From: an uncultured Saprospirales bacterium
GTDB lineage: Bacteria > Bacteroidota > Bacteroidia > Chitinophagales > Saprospiraceae
DNA: 64,000 bases
Direction of reading: 5' to 3'
Assembly: GCA_963975265.1 (NCBI GenBank)
Contig: CAXBGT010000001.1
Span: 13,130-77,129, forward strand
The notes below the pieces were generated by a model. The model saw only the letters and a list, made by a program, of their open reading frames with translations, was not told the origin of the DNA and did not search any database. The position numbers and the translations under genes were made by a program. Position 1 is the first letter of the stretch, and every line of letters starts with the position of its first letter. This document shows, piece by piece, positions 58,934-64,000 of this stretch.

Positions 58934-61060
58934 TTAGAAATACTTTGATCTATTATCAGTTGCTTTAAATTTCTCCTTAAGTGAGTTTAATAAGCTAAAG
59001 TTAACTCTTCCTCTATTTGTATTATTCAATGTTTTTGTTTGTGCTAAAACATTTGCTGGTGCAGAGCCTGCAGTTTTAGAGTTAGTTCGTACTACATATA
59101 CACCATTGTTTCCAATGATTGGTTTAGATACTGAACCTTCTGCTTGACCAAAAGCTGCTGTCAATACTTTTGGCTCATTCCCTAACCCCGTAACACCACC
59201 TGCAGTGAAAGCAACATCATTTGCAGTTTCTACTGACGTACTGAAGTTATTTGCTATTGATGCTAAATCTGTGCCGCTTATTTTACTTGCTATTAATGCC
59301 CCTTTCTTAAGATTCATTACAGGAGTTTCAATATCATTCTTCAAATCAGCTACTGTTGATAGTCCACCTGCAGTTATGCTTGCTAGTCCAGCTAAAACAT
59401 ACTTACTGTTGTAGTAGTTTACTAAATCAGTATATGTATAGATACTTGGTGACACTTCCCCTGCTTTTGAATCCATATCGTATGCCCATCTTACGATTTC
59501 CCTTGATGTTTCACCGCCGCCGAGAGCACCTACTAAGTAATCATTTGCTTTCAATGGAGACGTTCTCTCTATTGACATATTTGCTTTTCCTTCTACTGCC
59601 GTTCTTAATTCTTCCAGTGTTCTGTTCGCACTTACGATTTGATCCGCTACCTCATAAACAACATTCTGAGTTTCTTCAGAAGGTACAATTGCAGATCTAA
59701 TGAGGGCAATTTTGTACTTAGAGTCTCTATCATTGAATACTTTCTTCTTCACATTGATCAAGTGAACTCCATATTGGGTCTGCACCGTGTAAAGGCCTCC
59801 TTCTTTGCTATCTACAAACGCCGCTTTGTTAAATTCTGGCACCATTCTTCCTTGAGCAAACGTTCCTAAATCTCCTCCTTGAGCAGCAGAACCGTCAGTA
59901 CTATTCGCTATAGCTAAATCTGCAAAATCTGCTGTTCTATTCTCAACTAATACTCTCAAGCTATCAATATAAGCTCTTGCGCTAGCCATACCTAATACAT
60001 CACCTTGTGTTGCCGGTCTTAATATATGACTTGCTTGTACTGAATCAGGAATTACACCTTTCGCTGTTAGTTTTGCTATAAAGTATCCACCATTATCTAA
60101 GTAAGGACCATATACATCTCCTACATTCATATCAACAATTGCATTCTTTATCGCACCAGTAAGGTCATCTTGTCGTGCGTAGAAAGGACTATAAAAACCT
60201 TCATTATTAATTACATAAAGAGAATCTTCTGTGCTTGATGATTTAGATCTGAACTCATCTGCTCTTTCAGCTAGGTCAGCCATTATATTTGCAGAATCCT
60301 TAGCTGTAGGTAGAACATTAAGCACTGCATATTCTAAAACTCTTGTCTCTTCTTGATTTGTATATTTGAATGCATTATCACTTATATAAGATGAATAATC
60401 AGCGTCGTCTAATGTTATAGCAGAATCATCAATGTTGTCAAAAGGAATCTTTACAAAATTAAAACTTACTTTTTCAGAAGTTTTCATTCCTACGTTTTCA
60501 GCAACAAACTTAGGTGTGAATATTGACTTAGAAACTAAAGCATTAATTTTCTCTTGCTTTGCAACTTTGATAACTTGTTTCTGAAGCTCCTCCCACCTTA
60601 ATACGAAATCAGGATTAAGTTCATTGCCATCTTGCAATGCCTGTTTGATACCGAGTAAGCTTTGCATATCTACCTGTCCAGTTTGAGGATTTCTGTACAC
60701 ATTTTGAATCACAGGGCTTAATTGGCTACCAAATAGTAATTCAGATAATTCATCTCCACTAACACCAATTCCTAGTCTAGAAGATTGATCTTCAACGATC
60801 GCTTTTTCGGTTAGGTAATTCCATGCACTAGTTTTACCAGCGTAAGAATCAGTTCCTCCTGAGTAAAGTGCTTGCTCAGCTTTCTGGAAGTCTCTGTAAT
60901 CAATCTCAGTTCCAGCTACTTCTCCTATGATTTGTTTTGGACCTAATCCACCTTGATTACCTGCATTCATCATATCCATGATCACAAATGCTGCTAAGGC
61001 AAGACCTAATACCAATAATACAAACCAAAAATTGTTTCTAATTTTTCCTATTAAAGCCAT
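58934..61060 (-). CDS. Periplasmic chaperone / peptidyl-prolyl isomerase, PpiD/SurA-like
   Basis: N-terminal membrane anchor MALIGKIRNNFWFVLLVLGLALAAFVIM. The parvulin motif is GGDLGTFAQGRMVPEFNKAAF. 708 aa. Confidence 0.85.
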   Translation of the reverse strand: MALIGKIRNNFWFVLLVLGLALAAFVIMDMMNAGNQGGLGPKQIIGEVAGTEIDYRDFQKAEQALYSGGTDSYAGKTSAWNYLTEKAIVEDQSSRLGIGVSGDELSELLFGSQLSPVIQNVYRNPQTGQVDMQSLLGIKQALQDGNELNPDFVLRWEELQKQVIKVAKQEKINALVSKSIFTPKFVAENVGMKTSEKVSFNFVKIPFDNIDDSAITLDDADYSSYISDNAFKYTNQEETRVLEYAVLNVLPTAKDSANIMADLAERADEFRSKSSSTEDSLYVINNEGFYSPFYARQDDLTGAIKNAIVDMNVGDVYGPYLDNGGYFIAKLTAKGVIPDSVQASHILRPATQGDVLGMASARAYIDSLRVLVENRTADFADLAIANSTDGSAAQGGDLGTFAQGRMVPEFNKAAFVDSKEGGLYTVQTQYGVHLINVKKKVFNDRDSKYKIALIRSAIVPSEETQNVVYEVADQIVSANRTLEELRTAVEGKANMSIERTSPLKANDYLVGALGGGETSREIVRWAYDMDSKAGEVSPSIYTYTDLVNYYNSKYVLAGLASITAGGLSTVADLKNDIETPVMNLKKGALIASKISGTDLASIANNFSTSVETANDVAFTAGGVTGLGNEPKVLTAAFGQAEGSVSKPIIGNNGVYVVRTNSKTAGSAPANVLAQTKTLNNTNRGRVNFSLLNSLKEKFKATDNRSKYF

Positions 61061-61331
61061 TCGAGTATGTTTATTTTGTTATGTAATGCGCTGACTGTCA
61101 GAACATTGCGAGTTTAGTTAGTTGAAATTTTCTTTTTGCCATGCAAAAGATTCGCAAAGGTAAGTTTTTTCAGTCTATTTTCAAACAAGTTAAGGTACTT
61201 AGCTGCATTTAAGAATCTCGGCATGAACTAATCATATGTGAATTATTTATAATCTGTAAGGTGATTGGATAATATATAAGTGTAATCATTGCTACATGGA
61301 TTCATGAGACTAAAGTTGCGAAGACAATAAA

Positions 61332-62081
61332 TTAATCCCTCTTATCTTTTAAAAACGGATACTTAGTTCTGTAGTCAAGGACTGCTTGTAAATTGAGGTC
61401 TATATTTAAAACTTTTGAATTCTTAATTATCATTGTTGTATTACCATTATATGCAACCACCTGAGAGTTCCCAGGAAAATCCCAATCATTATCATCTCGA
61501 CCGACTCTATTACATCCTATCACATAACATTGATTTTCTATCGCTCTGGCTTTAAGCAATGCATTCCAATGCTGGATTCTTCCTCTAGGCCAGTTTGCCA
61601 TGTAGATAATAAGATCTGCCTGATCAATTGATCTTACATTTTCTGGAAAACGAAGGTCATAGCAAACTTGTGGTAGCAATTTCCAGCCTTTATATTCTAT
61701 CAATGATGTAGAATGCTTCTTAGAGAATGTTTCGCTTTCTCCACTTGGTGTGAAGAGAAATTGTTTGTCATACCGCCCAACTATACCCTCCTTCGTTATT
61801 AGGAGTACTCTATTGTAGTAGGTAGTTCCCTCACTGATAGCCAAAGAGCCTATGATTCCAGTATTTTTATTTCTTGCCAATGTTGTCAATATCCTTATTG
61901 CAGAGTGGTCCTCAGAAATAGCCGCAGATTTAGCGTCCATATTAAATCCTGTCAAAAACATTTCAGGAAGAACCAATAAATCAATCTCACTCTCCAAAGA
62001 AGCTAGATGATCTGATATTGTATCAATGTTGGATTGAATGTCCATCCATTTTACATCGAATTGTAGAAGGCTAATTTTCAT
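61332..62081 (-). CDS. Carbon-nitrogen hydrolase family amidohydrolase (omega-amidase/YafV-like)
   Basis: The E-K-C triad contexts are LPEMF, YDKQFLF and QVCYDLRFPE. 249 aa. Confidence 0.85.
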   Translation of the reverse strand: MKISLLQFDVKWMDIQSNIDTISDHLASLESEIDLLVLPEMFLTGFNMDAKSAAISEDHSAIRILTTLARNKNTGIIGSLAISEGTTYYNRVLLITKEGIVGRYDKQFLFTPSGESETFSKKHSTSLIEYKGWKLLPQVCYDLRFPENVRSIDQADLIIYMANWPRGRIQHWNALLKARAIENQCYVIGCNRVGRDDNDWDFPGNSQVVAYNGNTTMIIKNSKVLNIDLNLQAVLDYRTKYPFLKDKRD

Positions 62082-62185
62082 GTGTACAAAGATGGGTAAT
62101 TAATTGCTGAGTCAATTAATTATGGAATTGTTGAATTGCCTCATGTTAACTAAAGCACCCATTTTTCTTTTAAATATCCACTATC

Positions 62186-62255
62186 TACGAAAGTATTCGT
62201 ATTAAAACTTGCAAGTACGAATAAGTTCGTATATCTTTGTACGAAAGTGTTCGTA
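62186..62255 (+). promoter_or_regulatory. Three putative operators: 16-bp palindromes TACGAA-N4-TTCGTA
   Basis: The copies are TACGAAAGTATTCGTA (62186-62201), TACGAATAAGTTCGTA (62216-62231) and TACGAAAGTGTTCGTA (62240-62255). They lie 38-107 bp upstream of the BlaI-like ATG at 62293. Confidence 0.7.
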
Positions 62256-62292
62256 GAAGGATCTGCGTTTTGTAATAGTAAATCATAAAATT

Positions 62293-62664
62293 ATGGCCAA
62301 GCCAACTCAAAGTGAATTAAAAATCTTACAAATTCTGTGGGATAAAGGGCCATCTTCCGTAAGAGACGTTCATGAAAAAATATCTGAAGATAAGGATGCA
62401 GGATATACTACCACACTTAAGTTAATGCAGATAATGGCCGAAAAGGGTCATGCGGCAAGAGATACTTCCTCTCGTACCCATATTTATACTGCTTCTGTTT
62501 CCGAGAATGATGCTAAAACCGATTTGTTGTCTTCTTTCATCAGCTCTACATACAAAGGATCTGCTAAATCATTAGTCTTACAGGCCCTCGGTAACAATGC
62601 AACTAGTCAAGAAGACTTAGATGAAATCAAAAAACTTATCTCCAGCATAGAAAAATCTAAATAA
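62293..62664 (+). CDS. BlaI/MecI/CopY-family transcriptional repressor
   Basis: 123 aa with a winged-helix N-terminus (SELKILQILWDKGPSSVRDVHEKI...TTTLKLMQIMAEKG). It is followed 1 bp later by an M56 gene. Confidence 0.9.
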   Translation: MAKPTQSELKILQILWDKGPSSVRDVHEKISEDKDAGYTTTLKLMQIMAEKGHAARDTSSRTHIYTASVSENDAKTDLLSSFISSTYKGSAKSLVLQALGNNATSQEDLDEIKKLISSIEKSK

Positions 62665-62665
62665 A

Positions 62666-64000
62666 ATGATCGATCCATTTACTTCATTTCTCGGTACTGA
62701 TTTATCCTATGCGCTCGGATGGACAATTATTCATTCTTTGTGGCAAGTTTCACTCTTAGCACTTATAATGTCTGGGATTCATAAGATTTACCGGCATAAA
62801 CCATCAGAGTTCAAGTACAATGTTTCTTTGAGTAGTATTCTTCTCTCTTTGCTATTTAGTGTGGTCACATTTATTATTTATTATTTGGATGTTAGTTCGA
62901 CCGCTGCTGCAGAGACAATAGTCAGCACCACATTTAGCAATACAGCAATCAATAAGTCTTCTACTAGCATTCTGGAAAATATAAACAATGCCTTCACCAA
63001 TAATTTACACCACATTAGTACGATATGGATCGTGGGTATAATGTTGTTCTCGCTAAATTTTGTCCTATCATTTGGGTATATTAAATATATCAAATCAACA
63101 GCGACAGAAATACTCGATCCTACTATCCAAAAATTATTAGCAAATACTAAGATTAGCATCGGTATCAAAAAAACAGTCCTTTTTGTGGAGTCTACAAAAA
63201 TCAATGTACCAATGGTATTGGGGCATGTAAAACCAATAATACTTTTCCCAATAGGAATGATCAATATGCTTGCGATTGAAGAAACAGAAGCAATCATCGC
63301 CCATGAATTATTCCACATTAAGCGCAATGACTATATCGTGAATATGGTGTTGACTATTATAGAAATTGTATACTTCTTCCATCCGGCCATGTGGTGGATC
63401 AGTGCCAATATCAAAGCGGAAAGAGAAAATTGCTGCGATGATGCAGCTATCAATTATAATATAGATTCAGTAACGTATGCGAAAGTCTTGGTAAAATTAG
63501 AGGAGATGCGACATGCTGGAATTCCATCTTTAGCTATGCCATTTGCTTCGAACAAACATCAATTATTAAATAGAATAAAAAGAATACTCAATATGGAACA
63601 AACTAAAAATGATATCAGAGAGAAATCTGTGGCGACTGTTTTACTATTATTTGTAGCAATGCTGTTTGCAAGCAATGTAGACAGTCAACTACCTCAAAAT
63701 GAAATGTCTAAAACATTCTCAGAAAATTCTCAAATTGAGAATGAGTGGACAGATGACTCTCCCGACTTAAAAAGAACAGTTGACAGTATTAGAATAACTG
63801 GTAGCGATGAAATAGTAGTTGAGGTTGCAAAAGGTTTGTTTTCATCACTAAAGGTAGATGGGGAAGAGATAGAGGGTGGAGAAATGCTCAATCATTTAAA
63901 GAAAACATTTTCGCTTGAAAACCTAAAAGAGAATAATATATACAATCAAAAATTCTATATGAAGGGAAACCCTATGCTGGAATTTAAGAATCAAAGTTTA
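62666..64000 (+). CDS. BlaR1-like M56 family membrane metalloprotease/signal transducer, N-terminal 445 codons (continues past the right edge)
   Basis: Not in the ORF track because it has no stop in the window. My translation from the ATG at 62666 gives MIDPFTSFLGTDLSYALGWTIIHSLWQVSLLAL...EAIIAHELFHIKRNDYIV (HExxH)...NCCDDAAI..., open to base 64000. Confidence 0.85.
   Translation, partial: MIDPFTSFLGTDLSYALGWTIIHSLWQVSLLALIMSGIHKIYRHKPSEFKYNVSLSSILLSLLFSVVTFIIYYLDVSSTAAAETIVSTTFSNTAINKSSTSILENINNAFTNNLHHISTIWIVGIMLFSLNFVLSFGYIKYIKSTATEILDPTIQKLLANTKISIGIKKTVLFVESTKINVPMVLGHVKPIILFPIGMINMLAIEETEAIIAHELFHIKRNDYIVNMVLTIIEIVYFFHPAMWWISANIKAERENCCDDAAINYNIDSVTYAKVLVKLEEMRHAGIPSLAMPFASNKHQLLNRIKRILNMEQTKNDIREKSVATVLLLFVAMLFASNVDSQLPQNEMSKTFSENSQIENEWTDDSPDLKRTVDSIRITGSDEIVVEVAKGLFSSLKVDGEEIEGGEMLNHLKKTFSLENLKENNIYNQKFYMKGNPMLEFKNQSL

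Noticed and set aside
1-64000. Looked for rRNA, tRNA, tmRNA/SRP-like conserved strings, CRISPR repeat arrays, transposases, integrases, recombinase-flanked invertible promoters and known defence-system genes.
   Set aside because: I found none by eye in the intergenic regions or the ORF translations. This is a visual scan only. tRNAscan/Infernal/CRISPR finders would be the decisive check.

Overview
This is an AT-rich chromosomal segment (mid-30s % GC by eye, not computed). It looks like Bacteroidota, probably Flavobacteriia-like: it has a SusC/SusD pair, a type III glutamine synthetase, tandem POT peptide permeases, LytTR and ECF regulators, and secreted proteins with Bacteroidota-type signal or lipoprotein N-termini. 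I call about 50 protein genes. Most are housekeeping or envelope functions: nadA, purA, recO, iscS-like, YifB/ComM-like, polyprenyl synthase, acyl-CoA ligase, PpiD-like chaperone and GS III. Two partial genes at the window edges are missing from the ORF track: 1..653 (-) and a BlaR1/M56 gene at 62666..64000 (+). I saw no rRNA, tRNA, CRISPR array, transposase, integrase or recognisable defence system. I do not see a convincing new multi-gene system, and the window reads mostly as ordinary core genome. The items most worth a second look are these. (1) Three copies of a 16-bp palindrome TACGAA-N4-TTCGTA lie in front of a BlaI/BlaR1-type pair. (2) A composite AAATGGATAAAG...ATCCAT element occurs on both sides of an M36 protease + stand-alone LytTR unit, directly upstream of a 1094-aa propeller/Omp85-like outer-membrane protein. 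(3) Two frame disruptions sit exactly at homopolymer tracts in surface or outer-membrane protein genes: C6 at 12861-12866 and T6 at 17791-17796. (4) There are gene remnants: an AraC 3' end, a POTRA fragment, and a stop-interrupted frame upstream of a TPR-AAA ATPase. (5) An ArsS-type radical SAM + peroxidase-like pair has no ars genes nearby. All functional calls come from motif recognition by eye. No searches were run.
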